Below, in pieces: positions 14,140 through 27,536 of a DNA stretch of 64,000 bases. The notes under the pieces were generated by a model. The model had not been told where the DNA came from and ran no database searches. It saw only the letters and a list, made by a program, of their open reading frames with translations. Position 1 is the stretch's first letter. Every line of letters starts with the position of its first letter. This DNA is from Paraspadella gotoi (taxonomy: Eukaryota; Animalia; Chaetognatha): assembly GCA_051294375.1 (NCBI GenBank), contig CM119265.1, forward strand, positions 5,863,730 through 5,927,729, given 5' to 3'. The position numbers and the translations under genes were made by a program.

Positions 14140-14564
14140 GAGAGAATTTTTATCCAATCAACTGACTCTCGCGACGACGAGCACGAACGAAGGCGAAATC
14201 GTGGAAGTCCGGCAAAGAGGAAGATAAATGCGAGAGAAGTTGCGACGCAGACTTATACGTTTGAAAGGATTGCGATGCCGGTGCAAAGTGTATTAAACGT
14301 GAATCATGAAGACATCCCAAATACGTACAGCAGTAGTTCAGTCAAGGAAATTGATAAAAAGGTAGCCGTAGGAATTCGGCGCGCTCGTTGCATACAGTGT
14401 ATCGTGGTCAATCTCTTGAAACGCCTTCGTCGAAACCGACGCGAAGTAGCCGACAAAAAGAGTTCCCTTTGGCCGACGCGAAGATGACCACGTTGTCGGT
14501 AAAAACTCCCACTCAAAAGATTGGAGATCTCCCCACGCGACCGAGAACGAGGAGCTGTCATTAA
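14140..14564 (-). CDS. Duplicate copy of the 27537 exon
   Basis: Reverse complement; ORF 14304..14768 shows the fragments EISNLLSG, LTTIHC and YVFGM. Confidence 0.5.
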
Positions 14565-14896
14565 CTGCGGCATAACGAACCGAGATGGCCGGAGAATAAT
14601 ACTCGGGATATGATTTCGACGCTCCTGCTTTGGGGAATTCGAAGAAACAAATCTCTGAGGAAGATCTTGGCTGGTTTTGGACATTAGTGCAACAGAAATG
14701 TTTTTTTTTATAAAAAAAGGAAACAGAAATTCAAGTGTAACAAATATGCTGAAATTATTTAATTTCATTCAATAAACGAGGATATGTGGACTAAAATCCA
14801 CACCGTTCATGCAGGCGGCCAATTGGTGGCCGGACAGGCAAGTCATTCGCCTCCGCCAACCCTACAGGTCCGGGGTTCTTAGCCCTGTGGTCGCCT

Positions 14897-14975
14897 AGGC
14901 AGTTGAGAGGGACGGGCGCTTAAACCCCGCCTGTAACGCGGTGTTACAGCCTGATCCGAAGCTCAGGGACTGCTT
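14897..14975 (+). ncRNA. Candidate twister ribozyme, circularly permuted type P5
   Basis: Order: AGGCAGTT (P5 5') - gag - AGG (P2') - GA - CGG - gcgct (reduced P1) - TAA - (a)CCC - C - GC - CTGTAAC gcggt GTTACAG (P3) - CCTGA TCCGAAGC TCAGG (P4 with U-NNN-AAGC loop) - GACTGCTT (P5 3'). Loop CCG is complementary to the CGG after the conserved GA (T1), and GC/GC can form T2. P2 has one mismatch and P1 is minimal. Confidence 0.72.
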
Positions 14976-15547
14976 ATATATGAACGGTTCTGTCACTAAA
15001 CCATAACAATTTTCAACTGTTTCTTTTGAGAGATAGTCTTGCCCCTTGAAATTGAACGAATTAAGGTCGGCAAGTCTTTCCGTCCCGTCTTACAAAGATG
15101 AATAACTGACCTTTCAAATCAAAAATATCGGCACTAATAGTTTACTAACTCGCACTTAACTTTAGTCATCAATTAAATAATTATTATATTAGTCTAGATC
15201 GTTTCATTAAATTTTGACACAAGTACTGGAAATCAACGAAGGTATATGAAGAATTAAACCTTGGTTTACGTTTATATTCGCATTAAAATTCATTTAAATT
15301 CAAAAACCCTCGAATGAAACGAATATATTTCAAATTATATAAAGATTTAATAAAATAATAAATTATAAATTTTTAATAAAATTATTAAAACTAAACGAGA
15401 AGCACCGGAGAACGAAACGTACAGTACGTGCGATTTGTAACGATCGGCCGTACGGTCGATGCAAATGCGGGGTTTCCGATCGAAGAATTTGAGACGCGAA
15501 ATCGAAAACATTTCGTGTTCGACGTTTTGACCTCATGAGAGTTGAGA

Positions 15548-15855
15548 AGAGACGTGGGAGAGGAAGACGTTTGGGAACGGGAGACGTTTGGGAGAGGAAG
15601 ACGTTGGAGAGGGAGACGTTGGAAGAGGGAGACGTTGGGAGTAGGAAGACATTGGGAGAGGGAAGACGTTGGGAAGGGGAGGCATTGAGAATTGAGAGGG
15701 AGACGTTGGAGAGAGGGGACGATTATTGGGAGAAGGGGAGACAGCTTGGAAGAGGTGACGTTGGGAGAGGGAAGATATTGGGAGAGGAGACGTTGGGGAA
15801 GAGGTAAACATTAGGATAGGGAAGACGTTGGGAGAGGAGACGTCGGGGAGGGAGA
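15548..15855. repeat. Degenerate 16-18-bp minisatellite (GGGAGAGGGAGACGTT)n
   Basis: Recurring GACGTTGGGAGAG; reverse copies at 26270-26582 and 21965-22030. Confidence 0.85.
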
Positions 15856-16160
15856 GAGAGAGGAACGTGGAGATGAAAAATGAAGGAGGATGACGGGAAG
15901 AGAAATAAAAAAGACATATTGACGTCAAACAAAAGATGAAAAAAAATTGAATGAGAAGAAAAAAAGGAAGGAAATCTCATCGTCGTTTTGTCGTCGTCGC
16001 CAAGAAAAAATTTGCATATGAAAAAAAACCTCTCGGATAAAACGTAAGAAAAGAAGATCTTCAATTCTGCCTCGAAAAACATTAAAAAATAGCAATATTC
16101 CATTAAAAAAATCAAAGTCCCCAGAAAAAAAAATAGGATGACGTTCGCTTTCTTCTCTCT

Positions 16161-16225
<65 letters not shown>

Positions 16226-17029
16226 CTCTCTCTCTCTCTCTCTCGCCCTCTCTCTCTTGTTTCGTCGTTCGTGTCGACGAAGGTCTTTTTGTTTTTCTTC
16301 TTTTTTTCTTCATTTATAGAGTTTGCAGGCGACGTCACTCGGAATTTGTTTAACTCAATCGCCGTCATTAGCTGGCCGGTTTTGAAATGGCGTTGCCGTA
16401 TCGTTTGCTCGGTCCACATCTGTAAAACTTGAGTCATAAAATTTAATTCTCAGAAACGGCCTTCAATGTTTTATAATATTTTCAACAATGTCAACAAATA
16501 TCTCATAAAAATAATATACAACGTAGCTTTCATTATCCATATTAATTTTTGCTTGCCGTGACCGTCCATCCCTGTTAGCTACCTCCTCCTCCTCCTCCTC
16601 ACTCCTTCTCGGTAGTGTGAACGAATGACTCGTCAATACAAACGCAAAAAAAAAAAAGTCAAGAAAACTTTTTTTTTCGTAATTGAAAAGAAAAAAAAAA
16701 GCGTTTTCGAACGTTACAAACGAAAACGCGACGAACGACGAACGACGACGACGATAACAACGAAGCCCCACGATACACTAACGCGGCAACCAACGATCAT
16801 CACGACGCAACGACCACGACCAACGACCAAAAGGCAAAAAACTAAACGAACCATCAAACGACATAACAAGGAAACAACGGAAGGGACACAAAAAACCTGG
16901 GTCGCAATCGCCAGTTTTGAAACCAAACAAATCATAGCGACACCACAAAAACGAGGAAAAGAAAAAGTAAAAAAAAACTGGGACGACGCTGGGGAATGAT
17001 GATTTCTTTTTTTTTAGGAAAGAGAGATT

Positions 17030-17705
17030 TTTTTTTTCACTTTTTTTCCTCGTTTTGTGTCGCTATGATTTGTTTGGGTTCAAACTGGCGATTGGACCCA
17101 GTTTTTGTGTCCCTTCCCGTTGTTTCCTTGTTTATGTCGTTATGGTCGTTAGTTTTCTTTGCCGTCTGTTGGTCGATTGGTCGGTTGGTCGTTGCGTCGT
17201 GGTTCGTTGGTTTCGCCCGCGTTAAGTTGTTATCGTCGGGGCGGCCATTGTTGTTATCGTCGTCGTCGTTCGTCGTCGTCGGTTTTCGTTGTAAGTTCGA
17301 AAACGTATTTTTTTTTTCTTTTCATTACGAAAAAAAAAAGTTTTCTTGACTTTTTTTTTTTTGCGTTTGTATTGACGAGTCATTCGTTTCACACTACGAG
17401 AAGGAGGAGGAGGAGGAGGAGGAGTAGTAACAGGAGGACGGTCACGCAAGCAAAAATTACAATGATAATGAAAGTAACGTGTATATTATTTTTTATGATG
17501 ATATTTGTTGACATTGTTGAAAATTATAAAGACATGAAGGCCGTTTCTGGAATTAAATTTTATGACTCAAGTTTTACGAGTGACCGAGGCAACGATACGC
17601 AACGCCATCAAAACCGCAGCAATGACGGCGATTGAGTTAAACAAATTCCGAGTGACGTCGCCTGCAAATCATAAATGAGAAAAAAAGAAGAAAAACAAAA
17701 GACCT
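17030..17705 (+). repeat. Fold-back copy of 16280-16975
   Basis: Reverse complement immediately adjacent to its template; also matches 20835-21525 and 25165-25845. Confidence 0.93.
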
Positions 17706-18213
17706 TTCATCATTCGTCGTCGTTGTCGTCTAGGCATAATCATCCAGCCCTTTCCCATCCTTTGCCAAAATCGACGGTGGTCGTTCGTCATGATGGCCGT
17801 CGTTACCATCTTCTTTTTTAGGACCGCGATGAACAAGCAACAGAAAAATTATTCAATATTTTATTCATTTTAATAAACAAATCTATTGGATACCTGGACA
17901 GGCTATGTTAATTTGTTGGGGAACTTCGGGTGTTTTTTTTTTTTTTTTTTTGAGGTGTGTTCATTTTGAAATTTTTATCAGTAGAAAAGAAGAAAACAGA
18001 AGAGCAGTCCAAGACGATCTTATAAAATGGCGCCGAAACTGAACATGGAATCTGAAAGGAATCAGGGACGACGACGAAGACGACGACGAAAGACGAATGA
18101 GAAAGAGGATTATTGCGAATTGTAATCATTGGTGACTTCAAACGAAATGACTGATAGAAGATTCATTGAGAAGGCGGATTTACCTGAAACGCTCGCCGTC
18201 CTACTCACACGCA

Positions 18214-18303
<90 letters not shown>

Positions 18304-19444
18304 CCACAGCTGTCCTTTAAGGCTTTATGCGGTTCATTGTCTCCGGCTGCTTTTTACATCCGCCGATCTCGGAGAGACGAGACTTACATTTTTTCCTTTT
18401 TTTGGGTCAAATCTTTTTTTGCGAGTTTGTTTTTGTTTTCGGCGCGTCGCGCTTGTCAACGTCGCGCTGTGTTTTTCGGTTTGATTATCGGAAGCCGTAT
18501 ACCTTGAGGAAAACACTTCGAATCAGATAGCATAGATAGAGATGAGAGCAGAGAGAGAGAGAGAGAGAAGAACGATGAGAGAGAGGAGACGACTGAGAGA
18601 AGAGAGAGAAAATAAACATTACCGGATGTTCTATTGTGATCACCGGATCCAGTTTGTTCAATTAGATAATTTTTTCAACTTTAAGAACAGATGGAATTAA
18701 GTCCACCAGAGTTCGGATCCTAAAATCATTTCGGACGCAAATTTATGATTAAAATTCCAAAACGTTTGCTAAGTTAGATGACCTTTACAGTTTATCGCAA
18801 GTGGTTTAATCACTCACTCAATCATTTATCATTAATTGAAATTGATGATAATTCAATCATCAATTAATGAACTTTCCTTTTAGAAATCCCGATTTATGTC
18901 ACGACCCCTTTTTTCACCCCCCCCCTTCAAATTCAGCCGTTCGGAGAAATTTTCGCGGCACTTTCACCTATTGTCCCGCCAGCCCCCGCCGCCTCCAATC
19001 CGGTGCTCCAACAGCGATCGCGACTTCGGGTAATTCACAATTAAAAATGAATTATAATTTAATTTAAAGTAATATAACTTTAAAGAAGAAAATATCGCGA
19101 CATTTATCAATTAGCTATCTTGGCTTTTCCTAACTTTGCCACTAATATAATGCTTATACAATAGAATGTGATGTAAAGTATTGTTATTTAATTGAAATTG
19201 GTTACCAATATAGAGAAGTTATCAATTATTACATTAGGTAAGCTTTCTGGCATTTCCTGACTTTGCCTGATTATAATGTACTTTACATTACAATTCGGGA
19301 ATGTAATGTTAAGTAATGTAAAACGAGCCCTTTTGCTACTTAAAATCGTCATTTACAAACGGAATGTGATTGTAAGGTATTGTAATGGGGCCCTATTGTC
19401 TTTGAACGAAATGCCCGACTTTCTCATCCCTTAACCCTCTCCAG

Positions 19445-19631
19445 GCGCGGACCTTACCCCCGGCCGCCATCCCCACCTCCTGCGGGTGCCATCTTTCTCA
19501 TGACGACGGACGTGATCAACTCCGTGATGGCGCTGACCGTCGGGACGACCCAACGCCGAGTCGCGGCTCCTTTGCTTCAAGCGGCGTATGCCAACCGCCG
19601 CTCTGCATTGAAGGGATACCCGAGGGAAAAG
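19445..19631 (+). CDS. Frameshifted duplicate copy of the 12653-12826 exon
   Basis: Same acceptor and GTGAGT donor; ORF 19500 shows DVINS/MALT. Confidence 0.55.
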
Positions 19632-20750
19632 GTGAGTCGCCTGAGGCTGCAAGCGCGAGATTTCGATTGTGAAATTTGGAAAGTGAAATCTAAAATTAAC
19701 GAGGATTGAAATTAACGATTATTCTGAATGTATTAAAGTACAATGGATCATTAAACCAACTATAAGTTAAAAACCGAGTTGATTTCGTATCTAAAATATG
19801 TGATTTTATTCTTCAAGGAAAATCTCCTAGAAAAATAATTGGTTCATGTATTACATTTCGTATTTTATCAAAAATATTTTTTTATTTATGTTGTCCTCAC
19901 TCCGATCTAAACAAAAAATTGTTTGTTGACAATTGCCCAAAACACAAACGAAAAGAAAGGCAACAAAGTTATACTATATCATATTATTTTTTAAAACCGA
20001 AGGCGGGGCTTTGGAAAATCTTTATAAACGATTATTGATATTTGATAACGTTTGTTGCTGGACAAGAAAAAAAAAATGCCTCGAGCGTAGAATCTGAAAC
20101 AGGAAAGGAAACTTGTAAAAAATTTTTATTAAAATGGAGGAAAAAAAAATCTATACTTAAGAAAAGTTTTGTTTACGATTTTTTCGCATGAGAAAGAACA
20201 CTCTCTTTCTCTCCCTCTAAAAAAAAAACCCCGAATATTTTATTTTTATTCGACTTCGTAAAGAATTGTATCAGTGTTAGTTATTAGCTTTGTACGTCAA
20301 ACTTCTTTCTCTTTCAAATACTAAAATTTTTAAACGGTAACCTTTTGTTCTTCTTCGTTAGATTCGCAATATATTTTATCGGGCGAATCCCTTTTTTTTT
20401 TCTTCAATATTGTTTTTCCATTGTATTCGGGGGTTTTTTTTTTTTGGGTTTGTTTCGCTTCGCTCCAAAGTTTTCTTGCTTTGCTTTACTCGGCTTGATC
20501 GGGTTTCCATTTTTTTCTGCACTTTTTTTTCTTTCCTTTTTCCAATGTTTTCTTTTCTCTTCTCTTTTTTCCTCCTCCTCCCTTTCTCTCCTTTCTGTTT
20601 CTTACTTTGTCTTCTTTCTTTCCTTCTCAAAATTGCCCCTTAAAATTTATTCACTTCGTCGCCTTCACGCGCTGTAGTGTTACAGCCTCCTCAAGTGGCG
20701 ACAGGGGGTTTGCGAGGGTTCCCGGTTTCATAATTTCTGGCAATATCTCT

Positions 20751-20786
<36 letters not shown>

Positions 20787-21579
20787 CTCTCTTTCCTAAA
20801 AAAAAAAGAAATCATCATTCGCCCAGCGTTCGTCCCAGTTTTTTTTTTTTCACTTTTTTCCTCGTTTTTGTGTTCGCTATGATTTGTTTGGTTTCAAACA
20901 CTGGCGATTTGCGACCCCAGTTTTTGTGTCCCTTCCCGTTGTTTCCTTGTTTATGTCGTTGATGGTTCGTTAGTTTTCTTGTCTGTTGGTCGATGGTCGT
21001 TGGTCGTTGGTCGTATGGTTCGTTGGTCTTCGCCGCGTTCAAGTTGTTACGTCGCTTGATCGTCGTCGTCGTCGTCGTTTCGCCGTTTTCGTTTGTAAGT
21101 TCGAAACGTTTTTTTTTTCTTTTCAATTACGAAAAAAAAAGTTTTCTTTGACTTTTTTTTTTTGCGTTTTAATTGACGAGTCATTCGTTCACACTACCGA
21201 GAAGGAGGAGGAGGAGGAGGAGGAGTAGCTAACAGGGATGGACGGTCACGGCAAGCAAAAATTAATATGGGATAATGAAAGCTACGTGTATATATTTTTT
21301 ATGAGATATTTGTTGACATTGTTGAAAATTATTAAAACCATTGGAAGGCCGTTTCTGGAATTAAATTTTATGACTCAAGTTTACAGAGTGGACCGAGCAA
21401 CGATACGCAACGCCATTCAAAAACGCAGCTAATGACGGCGATTGAGTTAAACAAATTCCGACGTGACGTCGCCTGCAATACTCTATAAATGAAGAAAGAA
21501 AAGAAGAAAAAACAAAAGACCTTCGTCGACACGAACGACGACAAACAAGAGAGGAGAGAGGGAGAGAGAGATGAGAGAG

Positions 21580-21638
<59 letters not shown>

Positions 21639-22536
21639 AGAGAGAGAGAGAGACCGAGAAGCGNNNNNNNNNNNNNNNNNNNNNNNNNACGTCATCCTAT
21701 TTTTTTTTCTGGGACTTTGATTTTTTTAATGGAATATTCTATTTTTTAATGTTTTTCGAGGAGATTGAAGATTCTTCTTTTCTTACGTTTTATCGAGAGG
21801 TTTTTTTTCATATGCAAATTTTTTCTTGGCGACGACGACAACGACGATGAGATTTTCCTTCTTTTTTCTTTCTCATTCAATTTTTTTTTCATCTTTTGTT
21901 TGACGTCAATATGTTTTTTTTTTCTCTTCCCGTCATCCTCCTCATTTTCATCTCCACTTCCTCTCTCTCCCTCCCCGACGTCTCCCTCTCCCAACGTCTC
22001 CCTATCCTAATGTTTACCTCTCCCAACGTTCATCATTCGTCGTCGTTGTCGTCTAGGCATAATCATCCAGCCCTTTCCCATCCTTTGCCAAAATCGACGG
22101 TGGTCGTTCGTCATGATGGCCGTCGTTACCATCTTCTTTTTTAGGACCGCGATGAACAAGCAACAGAAAAATTATTCAATATTTTATTCATTTTAATAAA
22201 CAAATCTATTGGATACCTGGACAGGCTATGTTAATTTGTTGGGGAACTTCGGGTGTTTTTTTTTTTTTTTTTTTGAGGTGTGTTCATTTTGAAATTTTTA
22301 TCAGTAGAAAAGAAGAAAACAGAAGAGCAGTCCAAGACGATCTTATAAAATGGCGCCGAAACTGAACATGGAATCTGAAAGGAATCAGGGACGACGACGA
22401 AGACGACGACGAAAGACGAATGAGAAAGAGGATTATTGCGAATTGTAATCATTGGTGACTTCAAACGAAATGACTGATAGAAGATTCATTGAGAAGGCGG
22501 ATTTACCTGAAACGCTCGCCGTCCTACTCACACGCA

Positions 22537-22626
<90 letters not shown>

Positions 22627-23767
22627 CCACAGCTGTCCTTTAAGGCTTTATGCGGTTCATTGTCTCCGGCTGCTTTTTACATCCGCCGATCTCGGAGAGA
22701 CGAGACTTACATTTTTTCCTTTTTTTGGGTCAAATCTTTTTTTGCGAGTTTGTTTTTGTTTTCGGCGCGTCGCGCTTGTCAACGTCGCGCTGTGTTTTTC
22801 GGTTTGATTATCGGAAGCCGTATACCTTGAGGAAAACACTTCGAATCAGATAGCATAGATAGAGATGAGAGCAGAGAGAGAGAGAGAGAGAAGAACGATG
22901 AGAGAGAGGAGACGACTGAGAGAAGAGAGAGAAAATAAACATTACCGGATGTTCTATTGTGATCACCGGATCCAGTTTGTTCAATTAGATAATTTTTTCA
23001 ACTTTAAGAACAGATGGAATTAAGTCCACCAGAGTTCGGATCCTAAAATCATTTCGGACGCAAATTTATGATTAAAATTCCAAAACGTTTGCTAAGTTAG
23101 ATGACCTTTACAGTTTATCGCAAGTGGTTTAATCACTCACTCAATCATTTATCATTAATTGAAATTGATGATAATTCAATCATCAATTAATGAACTTTCC
23201 TTTTAGAAATCCCGATTTATGTCACGACCCCTTTTTTCACCCCCCCCCTTCAAATTCAGCCGTTCGGAGAAATTTTCGCGGCACTTTCACCTATTGTCCC
23301 GCCAGCCCCCGCCGCCTCCAATCCGGTGCTCCAACAGCGATCGCGACTTCGGGTAATTCACAATTAAAAATGAATTATAATTTAATTTAAAGTAATATAA
23401 CTTTAAAGAAGAAAATATCGCGACATTTATCAATTAGCTATCTTGGCTTTTCCTAACTTTGCCACTAATATAATGCTTATACAATAGAATGTGATGTAAA
23501 GTATTGTTATTTAATTGAAATTGGTTACCAATATAGAGAAGTTATCAATTATTACATTAGGTAAGCTTTCTGGCATTTCCTGACTTTGCCTGATTATAAT
23601 GTACTTTACATTACAATTCGGGAATGTAATGTTAAGTAATGTAAAACGAGCCCTTTTGCTACTTAAAATCGTCATTTACAAACGGAATGTGATTGTAAGG
23701 TATTGTAATGGGGCCCTATTGTCTTTGAACGAAATGCCCGACTTTCTCATCCCTTAACCCTCTCCAG

Positions 23768-23952
23768 GCGCGGACCTTACCCCCGGCCGCCATCCCCACC
23801 TCCTGCGGGTGCCATCTTTCTCATGACGACGGACGTGATCAACTCCGTGATGGCGCTGACCGTCGGGACGACCCAACGCCGAGTCGCGGCTCCTTTGCTT
23901 CAAGCGGCGTATGCCAACCGCCGCTCTGCATGAAGGGATACCGAGGGAAAGG
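23768..23952 (+). CDS. Frameshifted duplicate copy of the 12653-12826 exon, collinear with the downstream exon at 27537
   Basis: Identical to the 19445 copy up to 23931. Confidence 0.55.
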
Positions 23953-25931
23953 GTTGAGTTCGCTTGAGGCTGCAAGCGCGGAGATTTTCGATTGGCTGAA
24001 ATTTGGAAAGTGAAATCTAAAATACGAGGATTGAAATTAACGAGTTATCATGAATGTATTAAAGTACAATGGTCATTAAACCAACTATAAGTTAAAAACC
24101 CGAGTGATTTCGTATTAAAATATGTGATTTTATTCTTCAAGGAAATCTCCTATGAAAAATATATTGGTTATGTATTACATTTCGTTATTTTATCAAAAAT
24201 ATTTTTTTATTTATTTAGTCCTCACTATGCTAAACAAAAAATTGTTTGGTTGACAATTGCCCAGAAACACAACGAAAAGGAAAGCAACAAACTTATACTA
24301 TATCATATTATTTTAAAACCCGAAGGCGGGCTTTGGAAAATCTTTATAAAGATATTGATATTTGGATAACGTTTGTTGCTGGACGAAGAAAAAAAAAATG
24401 CCTCGAAGCGTAGAATCTGAAACAGGAAAGAAACTTGTAAAAAATTTTTATTAAAAAGGAGGAAAAAAAATCTATACTTAAGCCAAAAGTTTTGTTACAT
24501 TTTTTTCGCATGAAAAAATCACTCTCTTTCTCTCCCTCTAAAAAAAAAACCCCGAATTTTTATTTTTATTCGACTTCGTAAGAATTGTATCAGTGTTAGT
24601 ATTAGCTTTGTCACGTCAAACTTTTTCTCTTTCAAAATACTAAAATTTTTTAAACGGTAACTTTTGTTCTCTCGTTAGATTCGCAATATATTTATCGGGC
24701 GAATCCCTTTTTTTTTTCTTCAATATTGTTTTTTCCATTGTATTTCGGGGTGTGTTTTTTTTTTGGGTTTGTTTCGCTTCGCTCCAAAGTTTTCTTGCTT
24801 TGGCTTTACTCGGCTTGATCGGCGTTTCCATTTTTTTCTGACTTTTTTTCTTTCCTTTTTCCATATGTTTTCTTTTCTCTTTCTTTTTTCCTCCTCCTCC
24901 CTTTCTCTCCTTTCTGTCTTCTTACTTTGTCTTTTTCATTTCCTTCTCAAATTGCCCCTTTAAAATTTATTCACTTCGTCGGCCTTCACGCTGCTTGTAG
25001 TGTTACAGCTCCTCAAGCTGCGACAGGGGCCTTTGCGAGGGTTCCGCGGTTTTCCATAATTTCTGGCAATATCTTCTCTCTCCTCTCTCTCTCTCTCTCT
25101 CTCTTCTCCTCTCTCTCTTTCCTAAAAAAAAAAGAAATCATCATTCGCCCAGCGTTCGTCCCAGTTTTTTTTTTTTCACTTTTTCCTCGTTTTGTGTGTC
25201 GCTATGATTTGTTTGGTTCAAAACTGGCGATTTGGGACCCAGTTTTTGCTGTCCCTTCCCGTTGTTGCCTTGTTATGTCGTTTATGGTCGTTAGTTTTCT
25301 TCTCTGCGGTCGATGGTCGGTGGTCGTGGTCGTGAGTCGTTGGTGTTCGCGCTTTCAGTTGTATGTGGGGGCCTTGTTCGTCGTCGTCGTTCGTCGTTCG
25401 TCGCGTTTTCGTTGTAAGTTCGAAACGCTATTTTTTTTTTCTTTTCATTACGAAAAAAAAAGTTTTCTTGACTTTTTTTTTTTCGTTTTGATTGACGAGT
25501 CATTCGTTCACACTACGAGAAGGAGGAGGAGGAGGAGAGGAGTAGCTAACAGGGAGGACTGGTCACGGCAAAGCAAAAATTACATATGATAATGAAAGCT
25601 ACGTTGTATATTTTTTTATGATGATATTTGTTGACATTGTGTGAAAATTATAAAGACATTGCAAGGCCGTTTCTGAGAATTAAATTTTATGACTCAAGTT
25701 TACGATGTGACCGAGGCAAACGATACGCAACGCCATTCAAACAACGCCAGCTAATGACGGCGTTGAGTTAAACAAATCCGAGTTGACGTCGCCTGCAATA
25801 CTCTATAAATTGAAGAAAGAAAAGAAGAAAAACAAAAGACCTTCGTCGACACGAACGACGAACAAGATGAGAGAGGGGAGAGAGAGAGAGAGAGAGGATG
25901 AGAGAGAGATAGAGAGAGAGAGAGCAGAGAT

Positions 25932-25962
<31 letters not shown>

Positions 25963-27123
25963 TGAGAGAGAGAGAAGCGAAACGTCATCCTATTTTTTTT
26001 TCTGGTGACTTTGATTTTTTTAAACTGGAATATTCTAATTTTTAATGTTTTTCCGAGGCATGATTTGAAGATCTTTCTTTTCTTACGTTTTATCGAGAGG
26101 TTTTTTTTCATATGCAAATTTTTCTTGGCGACGACGACAACGACGATGAGATTTTCCTTCTCTTTTATATCTTCTCATTCAATTTTTTTTCATCTTTTGT
26201 TTGGACGTCAATATGTTTTTTTTTCTCTTCCCGTCATCCTTCCTTCATTTTCATCCTCCACTTCCTCCTCTCTCCCTCCCCGACGTCTCCCTCCCCAAGA
26301 CGTCTCCCTATCCTAATTTTACCTCTTCCCCAACGTCTCCCGTTCCCAATATCTCCCTCTCCCAACGTCACCTCTTCCAAGCGTCTCCCTTCTCCCAATT
26401 TCAACGCCTTCATCTCACCTCATCCCAAACGCGTCTTCCCTCTCCCAATGTCATCACGTCTCCCTCTTCCCACGTTCTCCCTCCCAATGTCTTCCNNNNN
26501 NNNNNNNNNNNNNNNNNNNNTCTCCCAACGTCTCCCTCTCCCAACGTCTCCCTCTCCCAAAGTCTTCCTCTCCCACGTCTCTTCTCACTCTCATGAGTCA
26601 AAACGTCGAACACGAAATGTTTTCCGATTCGCGTCTCAAATTCTTCGATCGGAAACCCCGCATTTGCATCGACGACGGCCGACGTACAAATCGCACGTAC
26701 TGTACGTTCGTTCTCCGGTCTTCTCTTTAGTTTTAATAATTTATTAAAAATTTATAATTTATTATTTATTATAATCTTTTATAATTTGAAATATATTCGT
26801 TTATTCTGAGGGTTTTTTGAATTTAAATGAATTTTAATGCGAATAAAACGTAAACCAAGTTAATTCTCATTATACCTCGTGATTTCCAGTACTTTGTTCA
26901 AAATTTAATGAAACGATCTAGATAATATAATAATATTTAATTGAGATAAAGTAAGTGCGAGTTAGTAAACTATTAGTGCGATATTTTTGATTGAAGGTCA
27001 GTTATCATCTTGTAAGACGGACGGAAGACTTAGCCGACCTTAATTCGTTCAATTTCAAGGGGCAAGATATCTCAAAAGAAACAGTGAAAATTGTTATGTG
27101 TTAGTGACAGAACCGTTCAATAT

Positions 27124-27200
27124 AAGCAGTCCCTGAGCTTCGGATCAGGCTGTAACACCGCGTTACAGGGGGGTTAAGCGCCCCGTCCCTCTCAACTGCT
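27124..27200 (-). ncRNA. Second assembled copy of the twister candidate
   Basis: Reverse complement of 14897-14975. It keeps GGGACGG, TTAACCCC, P3, the TCCGAAGC loop and P5, but lacks the G of the T2 GC (probable read deletion). Confidence 0.65.
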
Positions 27201-27536
27201 AGGCGACCACAGGGCTAGAACCCCGGACCTTAGGGTTGGGAGGCGAATGACTTGCTTCCGGCACCAATGGCCGCTGATGAACGGTTGGTGGATTTTAGTC
27301 CACCATCTCTCGTTTATTGAATGAATAAATAATTTCGATATTTGTTGCACTTGAATTTCTGTTTCCTTTTTATAAAAAAAAAACATTTGTTGCACTAATG
27401 TCCAAAACCAGCCAAGACTTCTCCAAGATTTGTTCTTCGAATCCCCAAGAGGAGCGTCGAAATCATATCCGAGTATCCGCTCGGAAGATTCGCTAAACAC
27501 TGATTTATTTCGGCCATCTCGGTTCGTTATGCGCAG

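Larger units (their letters stand above)
13954..17025 (-). repeat. Inverted duplicate of ~25115-28125
   Basis: Collinear reverse-complement matches including the exon, the twister element and the minisatellite. Confidence 0.95.
17706..26330 (+). repeat. Tandem direct duplication with 4323-bp offset; each unit also repeats 10770-13920
   Basis: 17706-19608 appears letter-for-letter identical to 22029-23931 (identical ORFs at +4323); beyond that the copies diverge by indels. Confidence 0.97.

Noticed and set aside
3553-23952. Pseudogene family from frameshifted exon copies
   Set aside because: The frameshifts match the read-error pattern of the flanks, and one copy is intact.
27165-27260. HDV-like ribozyme, RNase P/MRP or telomerase RNA
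   Set aside because: GGCGAATG and AACCCTA words are present, but the P1/P3/L3 topology and P4 conserved regions could not be built; the twister fit on the other strand is much better.
27265-27335. Hammerhead ribozyme opposite the twister (CTGATGA plus hairpin)
   Set aside because: No GAAA directly follows the stem, and the other copy reads CTGCATGA.
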